A DNA stretch of 28,712 bases. It comes from Meiothermus sp. (GTDB taxonomy: Bacteria; Deinococcota; Deinococci; Deinococcales; Thermaceae). The stretch lies in contig JANRLD010000109.1 of the NCBI GenBank assembly GCA_033762915.1, positions 1 to 28,712 of the forward strand, in the 5' to 3' direction. Below, piece by piece: positions 1 through 8,812 of the stretch (positions are counted from its first letter, which is position 1; the number at the start of each line of letters is the position of its first letter). Both the position numbers and the translations under genes were made by a program. The notes under the pieces are model-generated. The model worked only from the letters and a program-made list of their open reading frames with translations. It did not search any database and had not been told where the DNA came from.

Positions 1-140
1 TCCGACGTCCCCAGACGCTCCGCGTCGATGTCGTAGAGCACCAGTTCCGAACCCGACAGCTCCGGGTAGCTCAGTATGTCACCGATCAGGTTCTTGGCGA
101 AGACCGTGCTGCCTGCTCCGATGAAGGTGATCTTGGGCAT
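1..140 (-). CDS. melA: Family 4 glycoside hydrolase (alpha-galactosidase/alpha-glucosidase), 5' end only; runs off the window
   Basis: Hand translation of the minus strand from ATG at 140 gives MPKITFIGAGSTVFAKNLIGDILSYPELSGSELVLYDIDAERL, with the GH4 NAD-binding motif IGAGS and L.DID..RL. RBS-like AAAGGAGA lies upstream (complement of tctccttt, ~151-158). Confidence 0.85.
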   Translation of the reverse strand, partial: MPKITFIGAGSTVFAKNLIGDILSYPELSGSELVLYDIDAERLGTS

Positions 141-593
141 GGGTTGGTGTTCTCCTTTTCGCGACGATGCACTCAGCTCAGGACTTGTGTGGCGGGCGAA
201 GTCTCGGGCTGGGGGACAAGGGAGGGCTGAGTCGCACAGATTTCATTCACAGTCCTTACATTCGGCCGGCGGGGCGGCCCAGACCGTGGTACGCCGGCAG
301 CAATGATACCGTCTCGTCCCCATTCCGAAGGCGGGCCGCTTCCGGCCAGAGGCGGTGCGAGAACCCGACATTCCGGCGGGCCGGCCTCGAGGGGGTGGTC
401 GGGCCCCCTTTCGGGCCAGGGCCGGGCGGTTGGCCGGACGAACTCGAGCTGGCCCAAGTTGCGCCCCAGCTCCTTTGCAAGATCCTCTGCGACGGCGCCC
501 GCCCACTTGCCGAGGGACATTTCACCGCCGGCTTCAGCATATGCTCAGCTGTATCGGCCAACTAATGCTCGGATTGCCGCCGACGGGGTGAGT

Positions 594-974
594 GTGGACA
601 GATGCGTTCTGCTCGTGGATGACGACGCCTCGAACCGGGGATTTTTGGAGCGTGGACTGGGCTACGAGGGCTACCGCGTGCTGTCCGCCAGGGGCGGCCT
701 GGAGGGCCTCGAGCTGGCCCGCCGGGAGCGGCCCGACCTGATCCTACTGGACGTAATGATGCCCGGCCTGGACGGCTTCGCGGTGGCCGAGGCCTTGCGG
801 GCCGACGGGCTGGAGATCCCGATCCTCTTCTTCAGCGCCCGCGACGAGCCGGAGGTGGCCGAGCGGGCCGAGCGCATGGGCGCGCCACTCCTGGTCAAGC
901 CGATGCCCTTCGCCGAGCTGCTGGCCGAGCTCGAGCGGGTGCTGGGGTGTGCCGAAGTACCGCGAATCCCCTAA
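594..974 (+). CDS. Single-domain response regulator (receiver only)
   Basis: VLLVDDD ... PDLILLDVMMPGLDG ... PILFFSA ... KP receiver motifs with no output domain. GTG start at 594 (or 588) chosen inside ORF 303..974. Confidence 0.85.
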   Translation: MDRCVLLVDDDASNRGFLERGLGYEGYRVLSARGGLEGLELARRERPDLILLDVMMPGLDGFAVAEALRADGLEIPILFFSARDEPEVAERAERMGAPLLVKPMPFAELLAELERVLGCAEVPRIP

Positions 975-1020
975 GCGCCCGCTCTGCCGGAGGGCGCACC
1001 CTCTGTGCGGGGAAACCGTC

Positions 1021-1740
1021 ATGCGAAACCCGAACAGCCCAGAACCCCCCGGCGGCCCCGCCGAGGCGGAGTTGTTGGGGCTGACCCCCTTCGACCCAAC
1101 CTACCCCGCTGCCGGGCCGGCAACCAGGCCGAGTGGGAGAGCAGCCTCTGGGGCGAGTCGGCGCGGTTCGCCCTAGAGATGCGGTGCGTCTGAAAAGACG
1201 GCTGGGCCCTCTGGGTGAGCGTGGTGACGACGGTTCTGCATGACGTGGAAGGCTGGCCGCTGCGCACGGTCTTCTCGGTGGAAGACATTGCCGAGCGTAA
1301 GCGCCAGGAAGGCTAGGAAGGCCAACCTGGCCAGCCCGGAGGGGGTGCTCCAGATGGTCGGAGAGCGGCTGTCGACCTTTTTGGGGCTTTCGCGCTGCAA
1401 CTTCTCGGAGGTGGACGAGGGTGCCGACCGCATCACCGCCCTCTACGACTGGCGGCGCGACCCCGATGCCCCCAGTGTGCTGGGCGAGCACAAGGTCTCG
1501 ACCTTCCTCAGCCCCCAGGCCCGGCTGTGCTACGCGGCGGGTTGGCCAGGGGTGGTGCAGGACGTGTACACCGACCCCTCAATTGCCGCCCCGCCGCAGC
1601 TGATGGACGTGCTGCACATCCGCTCGGTGGTGGAGGTTCCCTACCTGGAGGGGGGGCGCTGGAAATTCCTGGTCAGCATCTGTCGCTCCGAGCCCGGCAA
1701 GGGCACGGTTGCCGTGGTGCGGCTCGAGCTCGCCCCCTAG
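1021..1740 (+). pseudogene. Decayed PAS/PAC-GAF sensor histidine kinase remnant
   Basis: Pieces lie in different frames: PAS-like ELLGLTPFDPTYP; frameshift at ~1111; ...EMRCV*KDGWALWVSV..LHDVEGWP..FSVEDIAERKRQE (PAC motif, TGA at 1191-1193, TAG at 1314-1316); a GAF-like segment; then SEPGKGTVAVVRL, the HATPase C-terminal motif. Confidence 0.75.
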
Positions 1741-1846
1741 GCAGGGCGGCGGACTTCCCCCAGGCATCCGTTGCCCGCCCTCGGTCCGGCGGCAGTGTGG
1801 GGTCAATCGCGTTCTGCGGGTGGCCTGTTTGCGGTAATTTAGGCCC

Positions 1847-3307
1847 ATGCCACAAGTCGCCATCGGGATAGACCTGGGAACCAGCGGCCTCAAGGCCATC
1901 GCCGCCGACGCGCAGGGCCGCACCCTGGCCGAGGCCAGCGCTTCCTACCCGCTCCACACCCCGCGGCCCGGCTGGACGGAGCAGAACCCCGCCGACTGGG
2001 TGGAGGCTGCCCACAAGACCCTGCTCGAGCTCGCGGGCCAGCTGGGCGGCCACGAGGTGGTTGCCATCGGGCTCTCCGGCCAGATGCACGGGGCGACCTT
2101 CCTGGACGCTGCCGGACAGGTCGTCCGCCCCGCACCCCTGTGGAACGACCAGCGCACCGCCGAGGCCTGCACCGAGATCGAGGCCGCCATCCCCCGCAAA
2201 ACGCTGATCCAGCGCACCGGCAACCCGGCGGTCACCGGCTTCCAGCTCCCCAAGCTGGTCTGGCTGCGCCGAGCCGAGCCGGAGAACTTCGCCAGGGTCG
2301 CGCACATGCTGCTGCCCAAGGACTACCTGGGGTTTAAGATGACCGGCCAACTGGCCACCGAGCCGTCGGATGCCTCGGGCATCGGGGCACTTAACCTGGC
2401 CTCGCAGAACTGGGATCTCGAGGTGATCGGGGCGTTGGGGCTGAAGGCCGACCTCTTCCCGCAGGTGATCCCTTCGCACGGCGTCGTTGGCAGGCTGAGC
2501 GGCGATTGGGCCAGGTCCACGGGACTGCCCGAAGGTCTGCCGGTGGTGGCAGGCGCGGGCGACAACGCAGGCGCGGCGATCGGGCTGGGGCTCAGCAGTG
2601 CCCGCCCCGGCCTGGGCAGCGCAAGCCTGGGCACCAGCGGGGTGATTTTCCTGCCCTTGGCTCAGCCCACCCCCGACCCCGAGGGCCGCATCCACCTCTT
2701 CTGCCACGCCGACGGCGGCTACCACTTCCTGGGTGTGACGCTGGCGGCGGCGGGCAGCCTGCAATGGTTCCGCGACAAGCTGGCCCCTGGGGTGCCCTTC
2801 GAGGAGCTGATGCAGGAGGCCGCAGCCGTGCCCGCCGGCAGCGAGGGCCTGGTCTTCATGCCCTACCTGGCGGGCGAGCGCAGCCCCCACCTCGACCCTG
2901 CACTGCGCGGGGCCTGGCTGGGCCTGAGCCTGGCCCACGGGCGGGGGCACCTGACCCGCTCGATCCTCGAGGGCGTGGCCTTAAGCCTCCGCGACGTACT
3001 CGAGGTGATGGCCCCCCTGGCGCCGGTCGAACAACTCCTCGCGATTGGGGGCGGCGCGCGCTCCCAGCTCTGGCTGGACATCGTGGGCGCGGCCCTGCAG
3101 AAGCCCCTGGCCCGCACCGCAATCGAGGAAGGCCCGGCGAGGGGCGCGGCAATTCTGGGTTTGGTGGGCGCGGGGGTGTACAAGAGCGTGAAGGAAGCAC
3201 TCGAGGCCAGCGCCCCCGAAGCCGGCGAGGTTTCGGTGAGGGGGGACGGCCTGGGCGCCGAGCGCTTTCACGCGGGGTTCGCGGCGGTGCAGAAGTTTAA
3301 GCCCTGA
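1847..3307 (+). CDS. xylB: Xylulokinase (FGGY carbohydrate kinase)
   Basis: [48 protein letters not shown] and GGGARS motifs. TAATTT -10 at 1835-1840. Confidence 0.92.
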   Translation: MPQVAIGIDLGTSGLKAIAADAQGRTLAEASASYPLHTPRPGWTEQNPADWVEAAHKTLLELAGQLGGHEVVAIGLSGQMHGATFLDAAGQVVRPAPLWNDQRTAEACTEIEAAIPRKTLIQRTGNPAVTGFQLPKLVWLRRAEPENFARVAHMLLPKDYLGFKMTGQLATEPSDASGIGALNLASQNWDLEVIGALGLKADLFPQVIPSHGVVGRLSGDWARSTGLPEGLPVVAGAGDNAGAAIGLGLSSARPGLGSASLGTSGVIFLPLAQPTPDPEGRIHLFCHADGGYHFLGVTLAAAGSLQWFRDKLAPGVPFEELMQEAAAVPAGSEGLVFMPYLAGERSPHLDPALRGAWLGLSLAHGRGHLTRSILEGVALSLRDVLEVMAPLAPVEQLLAIGGGARSQLWLDIVGAALQKPLARTAIEEGPARGAAILGLVGAGVYKSVKEALEASAPEAGEVSVRGDGLGAERFHAGFAAVQKFKP

Positions 3308-3442
3308 AGGCAGCGGCCGCCCTAGCGCGGAGTTCAACACCCAGCAAAAACCCTGGGGACGGCGCGGCCGGAGTCAACTCGAGACTGCTGGACTTCAGGT
3401 CGGCTTCACCCGATTGGCGATGCTGTAGGTCATGCGTAGACC

Positions 3443-3537
3443 TATCGCATTTCCCACCCATACTCCGCCCACGGTGCGGAGTCGTGCACTCGGTCTGGCA
3501 ACAACCGCCGTACCGAGTGTTCGTGGCAACCGCTCTA
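3443..3537. mobile_element. ~95-bp MITE-like structured repeat (family A)
   Basis: TA-bounded with degenerate terminal inverted repeats (tatcgcatttcccac / gtggcaaccgctcta) and two internal hairpins. 39/52 ungapped identity to the reverse complement of 8618-8669. Confidence 0.55.
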
Positions 3538-3572
3538 CAGCAAAAACCGCCCGCTTTAGCGCCGTAGGGAGT

Positions 3573-4805
3573 ATGCATGGGAACTGCTCTAGATGGTTGG
3601 GGTGGCTCTTTGTGCTAACCGGTTGGGTCGCAATGGCTCAGGCCACGGCCCCTTTACCGCCCGTACAGGCTATTCCGCCGGGGGAGTCTCAGCCGCTGGC
3701 CCCGGGGCAGCGCCCGGCAGCTGTACTGCCCGAGATCACCCTGAGCCCGCCCCTAGAGGGCGTGCGGAAAATCGAGTACGCCTCCAACGGCTTCATCGAG
3801 GCTGCCCACGCCCTGCTGGTGATCCCCGGCGCCAGCACCACCCCCGCCTTCATGCTGCTCAAGGCCCAGCGGGTAGTGGCGGCGACCTTCCAGGCCCGGC
3901 CCGGCCTACAGACCGTGGATATCTCCATTTACGGCGGCGATTACCGCGGATTCGGGGGGCCACTGCCGCGCTTCACCGCCTCGGTGAGCCGGTCGCGTTT
4001 CCGGGAGTTCGAGCGCCTGACTTTGGCCAGCTTTCTGAACTTCGACCACCTCTGGATCAACCCCGACGACGTCTTCTACGGGCCGCCCGCGCCCCCCACC
4101 GACGAGCCTGAGAAGAGCCCCCTGTTCGAGGGCACGCGCGCCCAGCTGAAGGCTCAGCAGCTCGAGCAGGCCGCCGCCAGCAGCCAGGGCGGGGTGGTCG
4201 GCAGCCGCCTCTACCACGGCAACCCCGGCCGCCCTGTCGTGGCCCTGACCTTCGACGACGCGCCCCACCCGCTCTACGCGCCCTTGCTGCTGGACTCACT
4301 GCGCCGCGCCGGCGTGCACGCCACCTTCTTCTGCATCGGGCGCAACGCCGAGGCCTACCCCTACTTCGTGCGCGAGATGGTGCAAGAGGGCCACGAGGTC
4401 GCCAACCACACCTACCACCACGTCCGCCTCAACACCCTCGACGAGGCCACCGTCACCGCCGAGATCACCCGGGCCAACCAGGTCCTGCAAAACATCACGG
4501 GCAAGCCGGTGGTCTACTTCCGCCCGCCGGGCGGCCGCTTCTCACCCGCGGTGCTGCAGGCGGTGGAGCGCTTGGGCATGACCCTGGCCTTCTGGACGGA
4601 CGACCCCGGCGACTTCGACAACATCGGTCAGGCTCCCCTCGAGGCCAGCCTGCTCTCGAGGTTGCGCTCCGGCGGAATCGTGCTGCTCCACGACAACGTG
4701 CTCCAGACGATAGTGGTGCTGCCGCGCTTTCTTTCGCTGGCCCAGCGCACAGGCTACCGCCTTGGCACGGTGAGCGATCTGGTGCGCGGTCCGGCGGGGC
4801 GGTAG
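3573..4805 (+). CDS. Secreted polysaccharide deacetylase (CE4/NodB) with an uncharacterised N-terminal domain
   Basis: Signal-peptide-like N-terminus. C-terminal ALTFDDAP, ATFFCIG, HEVANHTYHH, YFRPPGG and IVLLHD motifs. AGGGAG RBS before ATG 3573. Confidence 0.88.
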   Translation: MHGNCSRWLGWLFVLTGWVAMAQATAPLPPVQAIPPGESQPLAPGQRPAAVLPEITLSPPLEGVRKIEYASNGFIEAAHALLVIPGASTTPAFMLLKAQRVVAATFQARPGLQTVDISIYGGDYRGFGGPLPRFTASVSRSRFREFERLTLASFLNFDHLWINPDDVFYGPPAPPTDEPEKSPLFEGTRAQLKAQQLEQAAASSQGGVVGSRLYHGNPGRPVVALTFDDAPHPLYAPLLLDSLRRAGVHATFFCIGRNAEAYPYFVREMVQEGHEVANHTYHHVRLNTLDEATVTAEITRANQVLQNITGKPVVYFRPPGGRFSPAVLQAVERLGMTLAFWTDDPGDFDNIGQAPLEASLLSRLRSGGIVLLHDNVLQTIVVLPRFLSLAQRTGYRLGTVSDLVRGPAGR

Positions 4806-4834
4806 AGGAGCCGGGATCGGCTCACAAGGTTTAT

Positions 4835-4902
4835 GGCGGATTTCAGTCAAAGTTCTGCAACAACCTTGGGGCTGAAATCCGTTCAACGCCGTGTTTTTGG
4901 GG
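4835..4902 (-). repeat. Dispersed intergenic repeat (family B)
   Basis: Reverse complement aligns with 19010-19078 (50/69 by hand). Internal inverted repeat cggatttcag/ctgaaatccg. Confidence 0.6.
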
Positions 4903-4959
4903 GGCGGTGTTGCGGGAACCACTTGCGAACCGCCCTAAAGGCCAGAGAGGCGAAAAGGG

Positions 4960-6210
4960 ATGCTTATGGTTGCCCAGCCCGGCACAGTCCAGTCGGCAAA
5001 GAGCACGGCCCACGGCGGCGCGGCAGGAGGTCGTCTGCTGGCGCTGGACGGGCTGCGCGGACTTACCGTGCTGCTGATGCTCCTGGTCAACAACATCGCG
5101 CTGCAGGCCGCCACGCCCGACCAGCTGATGCACGCGCCGTTCGGCGGGGTGACACTGGCCGACCTGGTGTTCCCGTGGTTTTTGTTCTGCATGGGGGTGG
5201 CGATCCCCCGTACGGCCTCGAGCCCCGAAGGGCAGAAGCTCCCCCGGTGGCACCGGGTCCGCCGCATCCTCACCCGAACGGCCCTGATGTTCGGCCTCGG
5301 GTTGTTCCTAACGAGCGCCCTGGCCCGCACCCCGGTCTTCGCGTTGGGGGTTTTGCAGCTCATCGCGCTGGCCTACTGCGCGGCCGCGCTGATCTACCTG
5401 GCCTCGCCCCGACCCGCCTTTCTCTGCGGGGCGGCGGCGCTGCTGCTGGTGGGCTACTGGGCCGCCATCCGCCTCGTCCCGGTGCCCGGGGTTGGGCCCG
5501 GTGTCTTCGAGGAGGGCCGCAACCTGCTGTTGCACATCAATCGGGCGTTCCTCGAGCCCCTCGGCCTGCGCGGCCTGCCCTCGGTCGTCCCCACGGCGGC
5601 GCTGGCGCTCCTGGGGGCCGTGGTGGGGCAGCTTTTGCAGGGAGCGACCCGCAGGCAGCGGGGAACAGGGCAAGAGCAGGCCCTGGGGCCGTCTGAAAGC
5701 CGGGGGTCGCGCACCGCCGGCGCCCCCTCCTTCCCCCCTCCGCCGTACCCGTTCCTCTCGCGCCATCGTCCGCTGCCCCAGCTGCTGCTGCTGGGCATCG
5801 GGCTGACCCTGCTGGGGCATCTGTGGAGTCTCGAGCTGCCGTTCTCCAAGACCTTCTGGACGCCGCCTTACATCGTCCTCACTGCGGGACTGGGGACGCT
5901 GGTGATCGGGGTTTTCTACGCGCTGTTCGACTTGCGCGGCTGGAGGTGGGCGGCCTTCCCCTTGTTGGTTCTCGGCTCCAACGCGCTGCTGGCCTACGTC
6001 CTGCCGATTCTGTTCAAGGTCTGGGTGTTGCAGGGCTGGACAGTGCGCGTGGGGGGGCAGCGCCTGAGCTTGCAGCAGGCCTGGCTGAACGGGCACATAG
6101 CCCACGCCGGGGTGGTGCTAGGGGGGTGGGCCTACACCTTGCTCTACACCCTGTTGTGGTGGGCGGTGCTGTGGTGGTTTTACCGGCGAAAGGTTTTTTT
6201 GCGGGTCTGA
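4960..6210 (+). CDS. Heparan-alpha-glucosaminide N-acetyltransferase-like membrane acyltransferase (HGSNAT/NagX-like)
   Basis: RLLALDGLRGLTVLLMLLVNN, HAPFGGVTLADLVFPWFLFCMG, GVLQLIAL, PFSKTFWTPPY and GSNAL motifs, with many TM segments. Confidence 0.85.
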   Translation: MLMVAQPGTVQSAKSTAHGGAAGGRLLALDGLRGLTVLLMLLVNNIALQAATPDQLMHAPFGGVTLADLVFPWFLFCMGVAIPRTASSPEGQKLPRWHRVRRILTRTALMFGLGLFLTSALARTPVFALGVLQLIALAYCAAALIYLASPRPAFLCGAAALLLVGYWAAIRLVPVPGVGPGVFEEGRNLLLHINRAFLEPLGLRGLPSVVPTAALALLGAVVGQLLQGATRRQRGTGQEQALGPSESRGSRTAGAPSFPPPPYPFLSRHRPLPQLLLLGIGLTLLGHLWSLELPFSKTFWTPPYIVLTAGLGTLVIGVFYALFDLRGWRWAAFPLLVLGSNALLAYVLPILFKVWVLQGWTVRVGGQRLSLQQAWLNGHIAHAGVVLGGWAYTLLYTLLWWAVLWWFYRRKVFLRV

Positions 6211-6304
6211 CTGCGGTTCCCACGAATACCACACACGCAGAGACTCGGATGTGCAGGGTACATTACGCCTCACCGCGTGAGGTGTAATGGTGGGAACCGC
6301 TGTG
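6209..6304. mobile_element. ~95-bp MITE-like structured repeat (family A)
   Basis: Perfect 11-bp inverted repeat gcggttcccac (6213-6223) / gtgggaaccgc (6290-6300) enclosing a 13-bp hairpin (6261-6289). The end sequence is shared with 8621-8638. Confidence 0.6.
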
Positions 6305-6361
6305 AGCGCCGTTCCATCCTGGCTTCAGGCCGCCAGCGTAAGCTCACAACCGAAAAGTCTT

Positions 6362-6922
6362 ATGAACACTTCCACACGCCCCTCCTACGGCTTCGCAGTC
6401 TGGGTCTGGCTGCTGACGGGTTTGTTCGTGTTGGGTGCGGCGTGGTTCTTGTTCTGGGTGTTTCATCGGTCCAACACCGCCATCACCGCCTTCGTCGCCC
6501 CGGCTGCTGTGGCCCTGCGCAGACCCGCCCTGCCCAACCCCGCCCTCACCCCAGGCGACGTGCTGATTACCGACGTCCGCACCGTCTGCGTGCCCGGGTA
6601 CGCCCAGACGGTGCGCGGCGTGCCCGAAGCGGTCAAGCAGCAAGTCTACGCCGAGTACGGCATCGCAAGCCACCGGCCCGGCGAGTACGCGGTGGACCAC
6701 CTGATCAGTCTCGAGCTGGGTGGCTCCAACTCCATCCGCAACCTCTGGCCCGAGTCCTACCTCTCCAAACCGCTCAACGCGCACGTCAAGGACGTGCTGG
6801 AGAGAAAGCTGCACGACCTGGTGTGCGCCGGCAGGCTTTCCATTCAAACCGCCCAACAGGCCATCGCCCAGAACTGGCCCGAGGCCTACCAGAAGTACGT
6901 CGGGCCGCTGCCCTCGAGGTGA
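6362..6922 (+). CDS. Membrane-anchored HNH-like protein
   Basis: N-terminal TM helix, then LPNPALTPG ... YAVDHLISLELGGSNSIRNLWP (HNH-like DH..P/S...GG.N...NL core) and two Cys. Start is uncertain. Confidence 0.65.
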   Translation: MNTSTRPSYGFAVWVWLLTGLFVLGAAWFLFWVFHRSNTAITAFVAPAAVALRRPALPNPALTPGDVLITDVRTVCVPGYAQTVRGVPEAVKQQVYAEYGIASHRPGEYAVDHLISLELGGSNSIRNLWPESYLSKPLNAHVKDVLERKLHDLVCAGRLSIQTAQQAIAQNWPEAYQKYVGPLPSR

Positions 6923-6989
6923 GCCGTGGGAGCCGTCCCGCCTTACGGCCCTACGGCCCTTCGCAACCGCCCAGTCTTAAGCTAGGCCG

Positions 6990-7517
6990 ATGGACACCCT
7001 TCTGCCCCACCTACAGGCCGCACTGGGCGATTTCTGGACGGTCGTGTTCACCGCCGCGCGGGTGGCGGCGGTTTACGCGGCGCTGCTGTGGCTGCTGCAC
7101 ATGGCCGGCCGGCGGGTGCTCGGCCAGATGACCCCCTTCGACCTGCTGACCCTGCTGCTGATTTCCAACGCCGTGCAGAACGCCATGATCGGCCCGGACA
7201 ACAGCCTGACGGGGGGGCTGCTGGCGGCGGCGATTCTGGTCGGCATCAACCGCGCCGTCAGCCGCAGCCCGCTGCGGCAGCGCTTCGAAGACGACCCCAC
7301 CATCCTAATCCAGGACGGCGAGGTCCTCGAGGACGCCCTGCGCCATGAGGACATCAGCCGCGCCGAGCTGATGGCCGCCCTGCGCGAGCACGGCCTGAGC
7401 CAGACCGAGCAGGTCAGCTCGGCGGTCCTGGAGGCCGACGGCACCATCTCGGTGGTGCCCCTGGAGGGCCGGGTGGTGCGCCGCCTTAAGCGGGTCAAGT
7501 CGAGCCGGAATAGGTAA
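6990..7517 (+). CDS. DUF421 (YetF-like) membrane protein
   Basis: GRRVLGQMTPFDL..LLISNAVQNAM, PTILIQDGEV, LMAALREHG and AVLEADGTISVV motifs. TAAGCT -10 at 6978-6983. Confidence 0.88.
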   Translation: MDTLLPHLQAALGDFWTVVFTAARVAAVYAALLWLLHMAGRRVLGQMTPFDLLTLLLISNAVQNAMIGPDNSLTGGLLAAAILVGINRAVSRSPLRQRFEDDPTILIQDGEVLEDALRHEDISRAELMAALREHGLSQTEQVSSAVLEADGTISVVPLEGRVVRRLKRVKSSRNR

Positions 7518-7829
7518 GCGGGAGGAAAAGACAAAACCGTTGGGACAAGGGGCCCATGGTTCAACATGGTGGCCAGCCGGGGCACCGAGCTTGTGGAGCC
7601 GCGGCGGTGTCCGAACATGTCGCGCCCCGTTGCGATACGCCCACGAAGATGGGCGGTCATGGGCCACGATAGGCGGCGCTTGCCGGCTGCTGTGCCTCCA
7701 CCTCCTCAAAGCTGCGGCCTCACCCAGCGCAGCTCGCTTTTCGGTTTCACCGCCGCTTCATCGGCCTGGCCTACCTTCGGTGTCATGAGTCCCAAGTTGT
7801 TCACCGCAACGCCTGAGGTAAGCTTGGGC

Positions 7830-8488
7830 ATGCGCCTGTTGGTGGTGGAGGACGAGCCCAGCCTGGGCTCCACGTTAAAGGACAGCCTGGCCGCCCAGGG
7901 CTTCCAGACCGCCCTGGCCCACTCCCGCACCGAGGCCGAGGAGTTGATCTGGCAGCAGCCCTTTGACCTGTTGCTCTTCGACGTGATGCTGCCCGAGGGC
8001 GAGGAGGCCGGGTTCGAGCTGGCGGCGGGGTTGCGCGAGGCCGGGTTCCGCCAGCCGATCCTCTTCCTGACCGCTCGAGAGGCTCTGCCCGACCGGGTGA
8101 AGGGCCTCGAGCTGGGCGACGATTACCTGCCCAAGCCCTTCGCGCTGGCCGAGCTGGTGGCCCGCCTACGGGCCCTGGGGCGGCGCGGCGAGATCAAACC
8201 GCAGGTCTTGCAGCTCTCGCCCCACCTCAGCCTGGCGCTCGAGCGCCGCGAGGTGCGCAACCACGGCGAGCTGATGCGCCTCACCGCCAAGGAGTACTTG
8301 GTCTTGGAGCTGCTAGCCCTCAACAAGGGCCGCATCTTCACCCGCGAGGAGATCCTCGAGCGATCTGGGGGCCGGGCTTCGAGGCCGACTCCAACCTGAT
8401 TGACGTGTACATCAAGAACCTCCGCAAGCGCCTTTCCGAGGGCATCATCGAGACGGTGCGGGGGATGGGGTATCGGCTGGGGGATTAG
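7830..8488 (+). pseudogene. OmpR/PhoB-family response regulator with a 1-nt frameshift (or a sequencing error)
   Basis: Receiver MRLLVVEDE..DVMLP..KPF and wHTH LTAKEY..FTREEILER in one frame. The continuation IWGPGFEADSNLIDVYIKNLRKRL..IETVRGMGYRLGD* is in another frame, from 8363 to TAG 8486-8488. Confidence 0.85.
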
Positions 8489-8617
8489 GCGGAGGCTGGG
8501 TGCTCCCGCAGAGGTTTCGACCGACCGCAGGCCCGGGCTTGCGTCGGTGGTCGGCTGGCGGGGGTACGGCGGTTTGCAAACCTATCGCGGGCCCAACTCG
8601 AGTGTGTTTATGATGGC

Positions 8618-8687
8618 TAAAGCGGTTCCCGCGAATACTCGGTACAGCGGTGTTTACCGTGCCGAGCACCTTACGGCGCCAGCCGTT
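8618..8687. repeat. Partial family A repeat between the regulator and kinase genes
   Basis: taaagcggttcccgcgaatactcggt... matches the 3486-3537 copy (reverse complement) and the 6213 end. Confidence 0.55.
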
Positions 8688-8812
8688 GCGCCCGCAGGCC
8701 GATTGCCACGCCAGCCGTCTCGAGAGTTTCGCAGGCGCACCATGGCCCAGCCCCTGAGCTAAGTGCGGGCCGCCCCTTCCTCGCCTCCCAGACTTCCCTG
8801 TTACGCCCTGCC

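Noticed and set aside
303..593. N-terminal extensions of track ORFs (303, 3432, 6287, 7566, 11182, 12189, 13303, 23721, 26455)
   Set aside because: The extensions have non-coding-like composition and often run through repeats or promoters; downstream starts have RBS or -10 support.
1673..2950. Long antisense ORFs (e.g. 1673..2950, 17537..18799, 19100..20065, 22923..24452, 26465..27457)
   Set aside because: These are shadow ORFs opposite well-supported genes, expected in high-GC DNA, and carry no motifs.
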